64,000 nt of DNA from Octopus sinensis. Taxonomy: Eukaryota. The notes under the pieces were generated by a model. That model saw nothing but the letters and a program-made list of their open reading frames with translations, did not search any database and had not been told where the DNA came from. The translations under genes were made by a program, and so were the position numbers. Positions 51,459-63,632 of the stretch are shown here, one piece after another (the stretch's first letter is position 1; each line of letters starts with the position of its first letter). The DNA is taken from NCBI RefSeq assembly GCF_006345805.1, contig NC_043002.1, positions 110,236,001 through 110,300,000 of the forward strand. The letters run 5' to 3'.

Positions 51459-51941
51459 CATTTGCACGAATGAGTTGAGATGGCTTTTTGAGGGATAATT
51501 TTTATTTTAATCTTAATAATAATCTTTACACTGAGTTACTCTATGAGTTTCAATCTTCAAAGTAGTCATTTTCAAACTGAAAAATATGTTGTACTGATTG
51601 CTTAAATAGCAAAAGATATTCTTATAAGTATACATACAAAAAGAAAAAATAATAAAAAATAAAAAAGAATTTTATTTTTATTTTATTTCTATTTTTCATT
51701 TTTTATATTATTTATTTATTAGTTTTTCTTTTCCCTTTTGTGTATATTTTTCGGCATGTATACTTATAAGAAAATCTTTTGCTAGTTAAGCAACCAGTCA
51801 AACCCTTTTTTTTTTGCAGTGTGAAAATGGCTATTCTGAAGCTTGAAACTCATAACAGAGTAACTCAGAGTAAAAATTATCATTAAGATTAAAACAAAAA
51901 TTATCCCCTCGAATAGCCATCTCAACTCATTTGTGCAAATG
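51459..51941. repeat. Foldback element with ~190-bp imperfect inverted arms
   Basis: catttgcacgaatgagttgagatggct versus agccatctcaactcatttgtgcaaatg. Confidence 0.75.
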
Positions 51942-51960
51942 TCTATATATATATATATGT

Positions 51961-51993
<33 letters not shown>

Positions 51994-52206
51994 ATTTATT
52001 AATAAATAAAATATATGCATATATATATATATACATATATGTACGTACCTACCTCTACATGTATATATACACACATATATGAGTACAGGACACCAAAAAA
52101 ACGTCGAAAACAATGAGAAACGAAAACATGACACAAACCCAAGGAACTAGAGATTTTACTTAAACAACAAAAAAATAGAGTACAGGACAAATAACACAAG
52201 GAAAAA

Positions 52207-52268
52207 ACCCCTTCTTCAGTCGCCATGGTTTCATCTACTCTACGTTTCAAAGGTGAAGGCGAGACGTA
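52207..52268 (-). ncRNA. Candidate non-circularly permuted hammerhead ribozyme (best-paired copy)
   Basis: tacGTC-tcgcc-ttc-accttt-GAAA-cgta-(16 nt)-ggcga-CTGAAGA-aggggt. All three stems pair and the core is intact. It lies within a repeat at ~52000-52420. Confidence 0.62.
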
Positions 52269-52659
52269 TCTTCGATAGAAACTTTCCTTCCTGTGAAAAG
52301 CAAATCAAATAAAATTTGAGATCTTTTTGCAGAGGGGTAAAAATGGTAACAAAAACAGGACAGTAACGACAGTACAAAATATAAGCAGTAAAAGACAGGA
52401 CAAGGAATATATATTGAGGGCATTACTATACATAAATGCCACACACTAGGAGGGACTCTTAAAGTCAAAACTACCAAAATAGATAAACACATTGTACCGA
52501 ATACGAAGGACTGCACGTTGTACCGAGATGCAATTCTAAAAAAAATCCACCTTTTACATAGATATATAAGGATGAACAATTCTGTATACTACGCTGGATA
52601 CATCTTGGTGTTCGTCGGGTATGTTGATTTTTGTTCATTCTCTATGTATCTTAAATTAT

Positions 52660-52721
52660 GCTTGCACTGAAGATTAAAAAGTGCATTTGTGCACTAATTA
52701 TGAAATCATATGATATGCAGC
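52660..52721 (+). ncRNA. Type I hammerhead ribozyme with intact core
   Basis: tgca-CTGAAGA-...agtgca-tttg-tgcact...-GAAA-tcatatga-TA-tgca, with palindromic stem III. Flanked by inverted repeats ~52420-52530 and ~52760-52860. Confidence 0.6.
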
Positions 52722-52962
52722 TGAATTCTTTTTTTAAAAGGCTCGCTTCGAGAGTTGCATTCCCTCGAATTCGGTACAATGTTTATTCATTTTGGTAGTT
52801 TTGACTTTAAGAGTCCCTCCTAGCATGTGGCATTTATGTATAGAAATGCCCTCAATATAAATAAAATATATTTAAGAGGAAAAATTGATAGGTTTTTACC
52901 TTATGAGGTTTTTCATGTTAACTACTTGATAAATTCTTATAAAGATTTTATCCTATTTTTCA

Positions 52963-53019
<57 letters not shown>

Positions 53020-53662
53020 CACCATCATCATCATCATCATCGTCATTTAACGTCCGTTGTCTATGCTGGCATGGGTTGGACGGTTTGACTGGGCTGTTAC
53101 ACTGGAAGGCTGCATCAGACTCCAGTCTGATTTAACATGGTTTTCTACAGCTGGATACCCTTCTTAATGCCAACCACCCTGAGAGTGTAATGGGTGCTTT
53201 TACATGCCACCAGCATGGGTGCACTTGGTTTGATAGGTCCTCTCAAGGACAGCACATTGCTAAAGGTTCTTGGTCACTAGTCATCGTCTCTATGAGGCTC
53301 AAAGTTTGAAGATCATGCTTCTCCACTTCGTTCCATGTCTACTTCTATCACAGGTTCCCTCCACAATTAGAGATTGACACTTCTTTACACAGCTGTCCTC
53401 GTCCATATACATCACATAACCATACCAACACAGTCATCTCTCTTGCACACTACAACTGTCTAACTTTTCTCTCAAGATGCTTACACTCTGTCAAACATGC
53501 ACACTGACATGGCACATCCAGTGAAGTATGCTGGCTTCATTTCTTTCAAGCCTATGCATGACCTTAGCTTTCATAGTCCATGTTTCACTGCCATGTAGCA
53601 TTGCTGTTCACACACAGGCATCAAACAATCTGCTTTTCACTCTGAGAGAGAGGCCTTTTGTT
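53020..53662 (-). mobile_element. Old RTE LINE 3' fragment
   Basis: Homologous to 48720-49700. Confidence 0.8.
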
Positions 53663-53897
53663 ATATCTAGCCATAGAAAATCTGCTTCAGCGAATACTGT
53701 GTGACACATGGAAACATGGAACAGGGATTATTAAATGACAACGGTAATGATATAGATACCACACACATTCCCACACACACATGCCCCCCCCCACACACAC
53801 ACACTCACACACTCAAACACACAATCATTCAAACTATTTTCATAAATATGATGACATCTGTCAACTAAGATCATTCCAAAATTACAGGTACACTCAC

Positions 53898-54017
53898 CAG
53901 AGCACTGTTTGTTGTTCACAAGCTGGTATCCTGATTTACAGGAACATTTGTAGCTTCCAACTGAATTGAGACAGTTATGTTGGCAGCCACCATTTCCTTT
54001 AGCACATTCATTTATAT
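53898..54017 (-). CDS. Calcium-binding EGF exon, type A (120 nt, phase 1-1)
   Basis: ttttccag|...|gtgagt encodes (D)[39 protein letters not shown]. Confidence 0.9.
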
Positions 54018-54476
54018 CTGGAAAATTACCATAGGAGAGAAAATTCTTGAAAATAATTCACACAAAGACACACGCAGATAGACATTTTCTATAAAAGAAC
54101 GTATTTTCATATTCTCAAAAGTACCTATATATATTTCCTTCAAACCTCCTGGATTAACAATGTGCAAAAAGGCTCAGGTCCTAAACCATTGTCCACTATA
54201 GCCCATCCACCAACTGTGTTCAATTCACCTTCTACTCTACCACTCAACTTCTCCAGCATGCAACATGTCACAACATTCAGTTTCTCCAAGTTGATTTAAC
54301 TACATTTCCAATCTTTCCCAAATCCTGCCCCACTCATACATGAATACCTGATTTGCCGTTCCTTTGCTTCTAGTCAATCTCATCATGGAACCTCCATCTT
54401 CCTACTCTCACTGCAAAAACTAACTTTTTGTCAACATCACTCCACAAGTGTAGATTCAAAATTTTGGCTTCATTAT

Positions 54477-54863
54477 GGATGGATGGAAGCACTCCGTCGG
54501 TTACGACGCCAAGGGTTCCAGTTGATCCGAATCAATGGAACAGCCTGCTCGTGAAATTAACGTGTAAGTTGAGCACTCCACAGACACGTGTACCCATAAC
54601 GTAGTTCTCGGGGATATTCAGCGTGACACAGAGAGTGACAAGGCCGGCCCTTTGAAATACAGGTACAACAGAAACGGGAAGTAAGAGTGAGAGAAAGTTG
54701 TGGTGAAAGAGTACAGCAGGGATCACCACCATCCCCTGCCGGAGCCTCGTGGAGCTATAGGTGTTTTCACTCAATAAACACTCACAACGCCCGGTCTGGG
54801 AATCAAAACCGCGATCCTATGACCGCGAGTCCGCTGCCCTAGCCACTGGGCCATTGCGCCTCC
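54477..54863 (-). mobile_element. tRNA-derived SINE family 2
   Basis: Full-length family match with TSD-like tttggcttcatta on both sides. Confidence 0.9.
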
Positions 54864-55083
54864 ACACTTTGGCTTCATTAGTAGCTCCATTGTACAATAC
54901 CACTGTGTACTGCACAACAAAAAGCTGTAATTTGTTTGATACCTAGCAGACAGCTCCAGATAAAAAGTTTCCAATGTTCATTACAAGAGCTCCAATTACC
55001 CAAATTTATACCTCACCATTTCAACAATTCATTTCACAAATTATTTGGGATCTGATTACAAGATTTAGATATACTTAATTGAA

Positions 55084-55413
55084 CATCATCATCATCATCA
55101 TCATCATTTAGCGTCCGCTTTCCATGCTAGCATGGGTTGGACGGTTCAACTGGGGTCTGGGAAGCCAGAAGGCTGCACCAGGCCCAGTTTGATCTGGCAA
55201 TGTTTCTACGGCTGGATGCCCTTCCTAACGCCAACCACTCGTGAGTGTAATGGGTGCTTTTTACGTGCCAGACAAGTTTGGCAAACGGTCACGATCGGAT
55301 GGTGCTTTTTATGTGCCACCAGCACGGGGGCCAGGCGAGGCTGGCAACGGCCACGAACGGATGGTGCTTATTACGTGCCACCGGCACGAGGCCAGTCGGG
55401 GCGGCGCTGGCAA
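55084..55413 (-). mobile_element. RTE LINE 3' end fragment
   Basis: (cat)n tail and family 3' UTR. Confidence 0.8.
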
Positions 55414-55869
55414 ATTTAATTATGCAAAATTAGCAATTCAAAGTTGTATAGAGACTTAGAAACTGTTTTAGGCTCAATAATCAGTTACTACTTTACTCCA
55501 GTCACATTAATTAACAGTGTTGATTAACTAGATCCCATGATATCAACTTTTCGGAGACTGATAGTAATTTAGAAAGGTAATTTATTAACTACAACACTGT
55601 TTAGAAAATTCTCATTGTGATTGATGAATAAAATAAATCACTCTATACATTAACTTGATATAACAGCTGCTATTCTATAACCTCTTAGGTAATATTTTAA
55701 CTTTCATCTTTAGTAATCTAATTAAGTCTAAAGATGCAGTTGCATTTTGGGAACCATAAATTTAGACAAACAAGACCAACAAAGTATAAAAGACATACTT
55801 TTATTAATGAGATGTTTCAATATAAACAAAAGGTTTTTTAAAAAAAATGATGGATAATATATAACTTAC

Positions 55870-55988
55870 CTACACACTTTTTACCATTGCTAAGTTATAA
55901 CCAAGTTTACACTGACAGTGGTAGCTTCCTTGTGTGTTATTACAAATATGCTGACATCCACCATTTGACTTGGAACATTCATTGATAT
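55870..55988 (-). CDS. Calcium-binding EGF exon, type B (119 nt as assembled; 1-nt deletion relative to its paralogue)
   Basis: ttctag|...|gtaagt encodes (D)[30 protein letters not shown], then TATAACTT (versus TATAAACTT in the 37 kb copy), then ...NGKKCV. Confidence 0.75.
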
Positions 55989-56130
55989 CTAGAATAGAAC
56001 ATAATACCAGATAATTGAATGAATACATTTATGTACATATACATAGATGCAATATAAAAGACTGAGTATTGTGAAAGAATGAATATTTCTTTAGGCTTGA
56101 ATGAATGCCTAAACTCTTCTATACCTATTT

Positions 56131-56542
56131 ACTCTCTTTTACTCTTTTACTTGTTTCAGTTATTTGACTGCAGCCATGCTGGAGCACCACCTTTAATCGA
56201 GCAACTCGACCCCGGGACTTATTCTTTGTAAGCCCAGTACTTATTCTATCAGTCTCTTTTTGCCGAACCGCTAAGTAACGGGGACATAAACACACCAGCA
56301 TCGGTTGTCAAGCAATGCTAGGGGGACAAACACCGACATACAAACACACACACAAACATATATATATATACATATATACGATGGACTTCTTTCAGTTTCC
56401 GTCTACCAAATCCACTCACAAGGCTTTGGTCGGCCCGAGGCTATAGTAGAAGACACTTGCCCCAGGTGCCATGCAGTGGGACTGAACCCGGAACCATGTG
56501 GCTGGTAAACAAGCTACTTACCACACAGCCACTCCGGCGCCT
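56131..56542 (-). mobile_element. tRNA-derived SINE family 1
   Basis: Full-length family match. Confidence 0.9.
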
Positions 56543-56877
56543 ATATTGTAGTTGGAGTTATTTTTGTAACTGGACAGCTTTCCTGCTGGTAGTCACTTAT
56601 AGATCTGGTGTTTTAGTAAGGTATGGATTCATAACAGTTCAGTTGGTAGTCAGATACATTTACCTTAACTCCGAAGCAACTCATATAGAATTAAGACAGT
56701 TTTAAATTGATAACTAGTATATACATTTAATACTTATGGATATAGCTAATAAAGAAATTCTTAGTAAAAAGCAAAATAAAGATATATATTATATTTACAA
56801 ATGGTAATGACAGTTATATTACTTAACTTAAAAAGTAAATATTTAATAAAATTATGAAATAATAAAATTAATCTTAC

Positions 56878-56895
56878 CTTTACAGATTCCCACAT
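56878..56895 (-). CDS. Putative 18-nt phase 1-1 microexon, (D)VGICK
   Basis: tattttccag|ATGTGGGAATCTGTAAAG|gtaaga. Same acceptor style and phase as the EGF exons. Confidence 0.5.
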
Positions 56896-56932
56896 CTGGA
56901 AAATATAATATTATTATTATTACTACTAATAC

Positions 56933-57015
<83 letters not shown>

Positions 57016-57016
<1 letters not shown>

Positions 57017-57230
57017 GGGGACAAGCTGACAGAATCGTTAGTATGCTGAACGAAATGCTTAACAATATTTTGCCCATTGTTATGGTATGAGTTCAAATTC
57101 TGCTGAGGTCAACTTGACTTTACACCCTTTCGGGGTTGATAAATAAAGTACTAGTTGAGCACTAGGGGCCGATGTAATTGACTAGTCCCTGACCCCTAAT
57201 TTCGGGCCTTTTGCCTATTGTAGAAAGGAC
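57016..57230 (+). mobile_element. tRNA-derived SINE family 3 (diverged)
   Basis: gagttcaaattc B-box and ccctttcggggttgataaataaagtac core. Confidence 0.7.
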
Positions 57231-57269
57231 TGTCTGCTGGCATTTCGTTCTGAGTTCAAATTTGAAATC

Positions 57270-57779
57270 CATTTCTTGCCGAGTGTCATTCCGACTCCTA
57301 GGGCAAAGAAACTCATAGTATACATTGGTAGGCCATTAAACTAAACTCACTAGTTCGTTCATTTTTTTTTTTTTTAAGTTAAATTAAAACACATGGGTAG
57401 TAATAGTTCTCACATCGACAATGCTCTTCTCAATACCTGTGATGTACCAGTTAAGACAATCTTTTGCACTTCTTGCAGGGATGGTAAGCCAGGGATCATT
57501 CTCTTATAATTTTCGGTTTCCTTCTTGATCATTCCTAGTGCTCCTACGTTCACTGGTATTGTAACCGCCTTGAGATGCCACATTTTCTCAATTTCAATGA
57601 GTAGGTCTTTATATTTTCTGAGCTTGTCAAACTCTTTCGTCGAGATATTATGATCACAGGGGATGCTCATGTCGATCAATAAGCAAACTTTATTGTTTTG
57701 GTCTTTCACAACAATATCTGGTTTAATGGCTTTGATGGTTCGGTCTGTATGTACTGGAAAGTCCCACAGAATCGTTACA

Positions 57780-57780
<1 letters not shown>
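57270..57780 (-). mobile_element. R4/Dong-like non-LTR retrotransposon 3' fragment (restriction-like endonuclease)
   Basis: ILWDFPVHTDRTIKAIKPDIVVKD...LIDMSIP...KLRKYKDL...GALG carries the PD..D RLE motif. Confidence 0.85.
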
Positions 57781-57834
<54 letters not shown>

Positions 57835-60829
57835 GTCTTTGCACAGCTTCTAATGCTGGAGATATACTATGGTGTCAACTGTTCACTACCAGTGAACTAA
57901 GGTAACACCTCTTATTTTTCACTCACCTTCCGAAGTATTCAAGCAGTTCCAAGCAGTGCAGTTTTCTGCAAGTGCTCCACCTTTATTGCATCCCCTATTT
58001 TTTCCATATACTTCTCAAGATTTTTACTCACTGTTCCCAGGGCTCTGATAATTATTGGTACTACTACCACCTTTTTTATCAACCACAACTGCTAACCTCC
58101 CAAGCTAATCTGTCATATTTATCTACTTTTCTTTCTTCCTTATCGCATACCTTGTTGTCAGCTGGGCATGCTATATCTATGATCCAGCATAGTTTGCTTT
58201 CTTTCTCAAGACTATGTCTAGCTTCCTATTCTCTATCTCATGGTCGCACTGAATCAGAAAATCCCACAGGATCTTTGCATTATCATTTTCGATGATGCCT
58301 TCGGGTTTGTGGTCATACCAATTTTTTGCTCTGTCAAGTCCATACATGTTGCAAAGTGTCCAATAGACAAGCCTTGCTATATTGTCGTGGCATCTCTTAT
58401 ACTCCTTCTGGGCTAGTGGCATACATTGACTGGCAATATACCATATGGTTTTACCATTTTGTCCACAGATTCTGCACTTAACACTTTCTGATGTATTGTC
58501 TACTCTGTATTTTATGTAGTTTGTTCTTAGGCAGCTCTTGGGTAGCACAGATTAGAGCCTCCGTTTCCAGTTTTAAATCACTTTTAGTCATCCACAGCCA
58601 TCTTTTTTTCTCTGTCTGTCTTATCTTCAACATCCCTATGAAATTGCCCATGCATTCTTTTCTTTACCCACCTATTTTCAGTTTCATTTGTTTTCAATTG
58701 CTTGTACAGTGCTTTATCTTTGCAAACTTTCATCCTGCACAAGCCTGACCGTCTTACTTCTAATAATAGTGGTTTTTACATACCATGCTATGTTGTTTCC
58801 TTCTGCTCTAATGCTGTGTTTGCATCCACTAAGTCCTCTTCATCCAATTTTTCTTGGTACATACAGTCTGTCTGTGTCACATTTTGGGTGGAGTGTCCCA
58901 TATCTAGTTAGCAACTTCCTTGTCTTTCTGCCTAAGCTGTTTAGTTCATCTACTGTCCATGCGATTTCCCTGGCTCCATATCCAAGGAGTGAAACCGCCC
59001 AGGTGTTGATAGCTTTAATCTTATTCCATCCGTTTAATTTCGACTTAAGGAACAGTCTCAGTCTGCACATATACTCCACCTTAAATTTTCCTGTCATTTC
59101 TTTCTCCATCAATTTATCCATTTCCAAAATTCCCAAGTACTTATAGCCCATCTCTTCTATCTGCTTCATAACCTCCCCCAACAGTATCGATAGCCCATCC
59201 ATACATTTGATTTTGCCTCTCTTCAATACTAACACTCCACACTTTTTCAGTCTGAACTCCATTCTGATATCAGCACTGAAAGTATACACCATATCAATGA
59301 GGGAACTGACTTGGGCTTCATCTTTACCATAAAGTTTGAGGTCATCCATGAATAACAAGTGGTTGACTTTTTGTTGGTGGCTTTTGAATATATACCCAGC
59401 TTTATCTTTCCTCACAACTAGTGTTAGTGGTATCAAGCACAGTACAAAGATCAGTGGGGATAGGCAGTCCCCTTGGAAGATACCCCTCCTGATTTCTACT
59501 GTCCTTAAACTTCTTCCGTATGCTGTCAGGTCCGTCCTCCAATTCGTCAAACTTTTTCCAAGCAATTGCTCAACATTTGATGCAATGCCAAACAGATTCA
59601 TACATTCCTTAATCCAAGAATGTGGGATCATATTGTATGCCTTAAGATAGTTAATTCATGACAAGGCTAAGTTTGTCCATGAAAAGATGATGGATTGTAT
59701 CTTTTCTTTCCTTGAACTTGTACTTGGCATTCATGTTTCTCAAAGTCAAAAAGCAATGATGAGGAGCCATTTTTTGGAAGAGTCCAAATTTGATTTTTGA
59801 CAAACTCAACTTCCTTGATGTGATTTCAGTGGTGCATCCCCTCATACTTTAGTTCAATGAATTCATGATAAGAACAATTCCAACTATTTTCCTGCAGCCC
59901 ATAATCTACAAATGAGGATCCATATCATATGCTTTCTGGTAGTCTATCTACACCATCCCTAAGTCTGTTTTGTGCTTTTTGCAGTGTTTTATCGATCGGT
60001 GGTTAATCTTGGTTTCCCTGCATCTACATTTGTAGACTTTAACCAGAAGAAACAACTCTTCTGATATGAATATTCTGGTCCTTGAACTCACACATTGCAT
60101 CTATCAGTATTTCAGCAACCAGCTTCCACATGACAGGCAGTCAGAATATTGGTCTAAAATAGTCAACAGCATTTCCCTTGATACTACTTTCTGGTACATT
60201 ACTTTTCTGCCCCCCAGTCAACCAACTTAGGATTTCTGTGTGATTTTGATGTAATAAGCATAACTGTTCTGCAATCATTTATTAACATTCAGTAAATTTC
60301 TTCACCCAGTATCCCTGAACTCAATTTGGGCTTGCTGTTTCCCTCTTGTTCATCTTCCAACTTATACATCCAACATCCTCCTTGTTTATCTCAATATCTT
60401 CTTGTAGAGGATTTATACTTATTTCATGTTACATAGCCACTGTGCGTTAGTGTTGTGTTTCTTCTTCCCTCATATCCCATTCCCAAATCTTTGTCTATCC
60501 TCTGCATTTGTGGTGTCTGTTTCTCTGTTTATTTCTTGATAAAATCTTTCTTGGTCAACTTTGAAGAGTCTGTTTTATCTGTTTTATTCTCTTTGAATCT
60601 CTCATCATATCGAGCAAGTTTTGCTCTCTTGGCTTGCACCCACTGTTTTAGTTCCTCAATTACTACCAGTAACCTTCTGAAATCAATACTGAACTTTTGT
60701 TTCAGCATGTCATACTTGTGATAATTCTGCAGTTCTCCTTTCCTTCTTTCAGTTACTGACATTAATTCCTTTTTATGCCTCCAAATATCTTTCTCTTCCA
60801 CCATGGTTCTTTGTTCACCCTTCTATTCT

Positions 60830-61239
60830 GTCTCTCTTTCTCTTTTTCTCTTTTACTTGTTTCAGTCATTTGATTGCGGCCATGCTGGAGCACCGCCTTT
60901 AGTCGAGCAAATCGACCCCGGGACTTATTCTTTGTAAGCCCATTACTTATTCTATCGGTCTCTTTTGCCAAACCGCTAAGTGACGGGGACGTAAACACAC
61001 CAGCATCGGTTGTCAAGCAATGCTAGGGAGACAAACACAGACATACACATATATATATATATATATACATATATACGACAGGCTTCTTTCAGTTTCTGTC
61101 TACCAAATCCACTCACAAGGCATTGGTCGGCCCAGGGCTATAGTAGAAGACACTTGCCCAAGATGCTACGCAGTGGGACTGAACCCAGAACCATGTGGTT
61201 GGTTAGCAAGCTACTTACCACACAGCCACTCCTGCGCCT
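60830..61239 (-). mobile_element. tRNA-derived SINE family 1
   Basis: Full-length family match nested in the LINE. Confidence 0.9.
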
Positions 61240-61577
61240 ATTCCCTTTACTTAGTAAACATCACTTGAAATGTCTTATTTTCTTCCACCATTATACATGC
61301 TTACTTAAGAAGTTTGTTAGTTTTAGTAATATTGTTTACGTGTATATACTTTAAGATCATGTTTAATTTACTTGATTGCTGCGTCAGTTTCCATTGATTC
61401 ACTCCAAAGTTCTCTGACTTCACTGTCTCTACCACTTGATCTATAATCATTTTCTCTTCAATCTCTGTTGGCTGTATCTATTATTGTTCATATCTCAGTT
61501 AGATTGATGTAAATCACTTCTGCATTTTGAGGAGTTGTATTGGTGTTGGTTAGCTCTTCTTTATTTGCAATATTATC

Positions 61578-61900
61578 GTCATCATCATCATCATCGTTTA
61601 ACGTCCGTTTTCCGCGCTAGCACGGGTTGGACGGTTTGACCGGGGTCTGGGAAGCCAGGGGCTGCTCCAGGCTCCAGTCTGATCTGGCAGAGTTTCTACG
61701 GCTGGATGCCCTTCCTAACACCAACCACTCCGCGAGTGTAGTGGGTGCTTTTTACGTGCCACCTGCACAGGTGCCAGGGGGGGGGTCCGGCATCGGCCAC
61801 GATCGGTTGGAGCTTTTAACGTGCCAGCGGCACAGAAGCCAGCCAAGGCGGCACTGGCAACGTTCGGATGGTGCTTTTTATGTGCCACCGGCACATGGTT
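61578..61900 (-). mobile_element. RTE LINE 3' end fragment
   Basis: (cat)n-cgtttaacgtccg end. Confidence 0.8.
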
Positions 61901-62199
61901 TTCAGAATTGACATTGTCTTCAAATACTCTTTTCTGAGGTATTTTCAGTTGCAAATGTTAACCAGCCTTTCTTTCTTATCATTCTGGCTTGCTTGCATAT
62001 TCATTGCTCTGTTGTTTCAATCATTCCTAATTGCTGCCATTCTCAGTACATCCTTTTTCTATATCCTCTTATTAGCATACAATTTTATCCATGGGTTGGC
62101 TCCTTTACAAATGGGGACTGAAAAGTTCATAGTCTGACTATGAAGGAGTGATGCTAAAGCTGTGAAACCTTGCATGCATTAATTTCAACTCTGCATTGT

Positions 62200-62960
62200 T
62201 TTTTTCCAAGAAGTTAACTAATGCCTGACCATTCAAAGAAGACTTCAAAAGTAACTAGTAGTGACTTCCCTTGAAACTGGACAAAATTTGGCATTGTGGT
62301 GTTATCAAGTCAAGTACCTTCAGAAAAAGGGTCTAGACCCTAATGACATTCATATTGACATGGTTGCTACATGAGAGGATGACACTTCAGCTTTATCAAC
62401 AGTGCAAAGCTGAATTTAGGAGTGGAATGGAGAGTCTTTAAGATGACCCAAGGTCTGGACATCTTGCAACTGCCACCGCTGAGGAAAATATTCATTGTCT
62501 TCACCACATGGTGGTGGATCACAAGCAATTGGCTATAAATCAAATAATTAATGCAATTAGCATATCCCGTGACAGTTGAGAATATTCTGCACAAAGAGAA
62601 TGGCATGATAAAGCTTTCTGTTTAGTGGATGCTACGTCTTCTGACACTTAATGAACAACAAACCAGGCTGGTCATATCACTGGAAAAATCTAACATTGTT
62701 TGAGGTAGATCCAGCTGGTTTCCTTGAACCTTTCCTAAGCCATCACATAGACAAAGAGACAATCCATGCAGTGGAAACATCCCTCCTTCCCTGCTCCAAA
62801 GAAGTCCAAGGCCATTTCATCTGCAGGGAAGGTGATGGCCTTAGCTTTGGGGGATGCAAAACGCAATGTGTTTATTGACTTTCTTACAATAGGCTATCAA
62901 GACCAAAAACCCTGGAAAATTGACAAAAGGGGTCCTGTTTCATCAGGACTGTGTAAAAAA
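62200..62960 (+). mobile_element. Decayed mariner transposase
   Basis: KYLQKKGLDPNDIHIDM...DDPRSG...ENILHKE...WMLRLLT...QWKHPSFPAPKKSKAISSAGKVMA. Confidence 0.85.
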
Positions 62961-63632
62961 GTGGTTCTGTACTTGTTAAAACCCTGGAACTCCTGAACCA
63001 GAATCCCACTACCAGATGTAGTTCAGAGCCTAATTCCTGAAGTAAAAAGGGCTCCTCCTCTCCTCCTTCTCCTCCTCTTCACACAGACACACACACACAC
63101 ACACGATGTAATATAATGAATCACTTCTCCTGAATTTCTGGCCTTGTGCCAATGAAAGAAATTATTATCATTATCAGATTGGAAATGGTCCTTCAAGTCC
63201 TCCCAGACTCAAGTGGTTGAAGTAGTTATTGCCTTGTGAAATTTTCTGTGGGTTTATGTCTTAATAGATTGGGCAAGAAAGCAGGTTCTGGGTAGGATAT
63301 ATTGAGTAAAGTAGTTAGTACGAGGATGGTCAGAGTAGGTACAGTAGAAGCGAAAAGTAAAAGATGCATTTACTGGGTTTGGGAAAGAGTGGTAGACTAT
63401 TTTCCAAGTCAGATGTGCAGGGTAGTACTGCTGTCACAAGAGTACTACTGCCACAAAATTAGGTAAGATAAACTACCAGTCAAGCACTGGGTTGATTTAA
63501 TTAGCTAACCCATTCCACTAAATTTCAGTCCCTGTGCCTATATTAGCAACAATGATTCTAATGTCAATATGCTACTCTGCACTCCCTCTACATCTAGCAT
63601 TGTACAACTACCAGCAGACTACTACCATTGTG

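Larger units (their letters stand above)
57835..62140 (-). mobile_element. Near full-length decayed R4/Dong-like non-LTR retrotransposon (RT, CCHC, RLE), interrupted by a SINE and an RTE fragment
   Basis: RGIFQGDCLSPLIF, NHLLFMDDLKLY, YKYLG, CRICGQNGKTIWYIASQC and ILWDFLIQCDHEIENRKLDIV. The 3' end abuts (TAA)n at 57781-57834. Confidence 0.88.

Noticed and set aside
51825-51870. Hammerhead-like CTGAAG...GAAActc...gagTA motif (also 45637-45675, 21784-21830)
   Set aside because: Stem I or core residues are missing; not supportable by eye.
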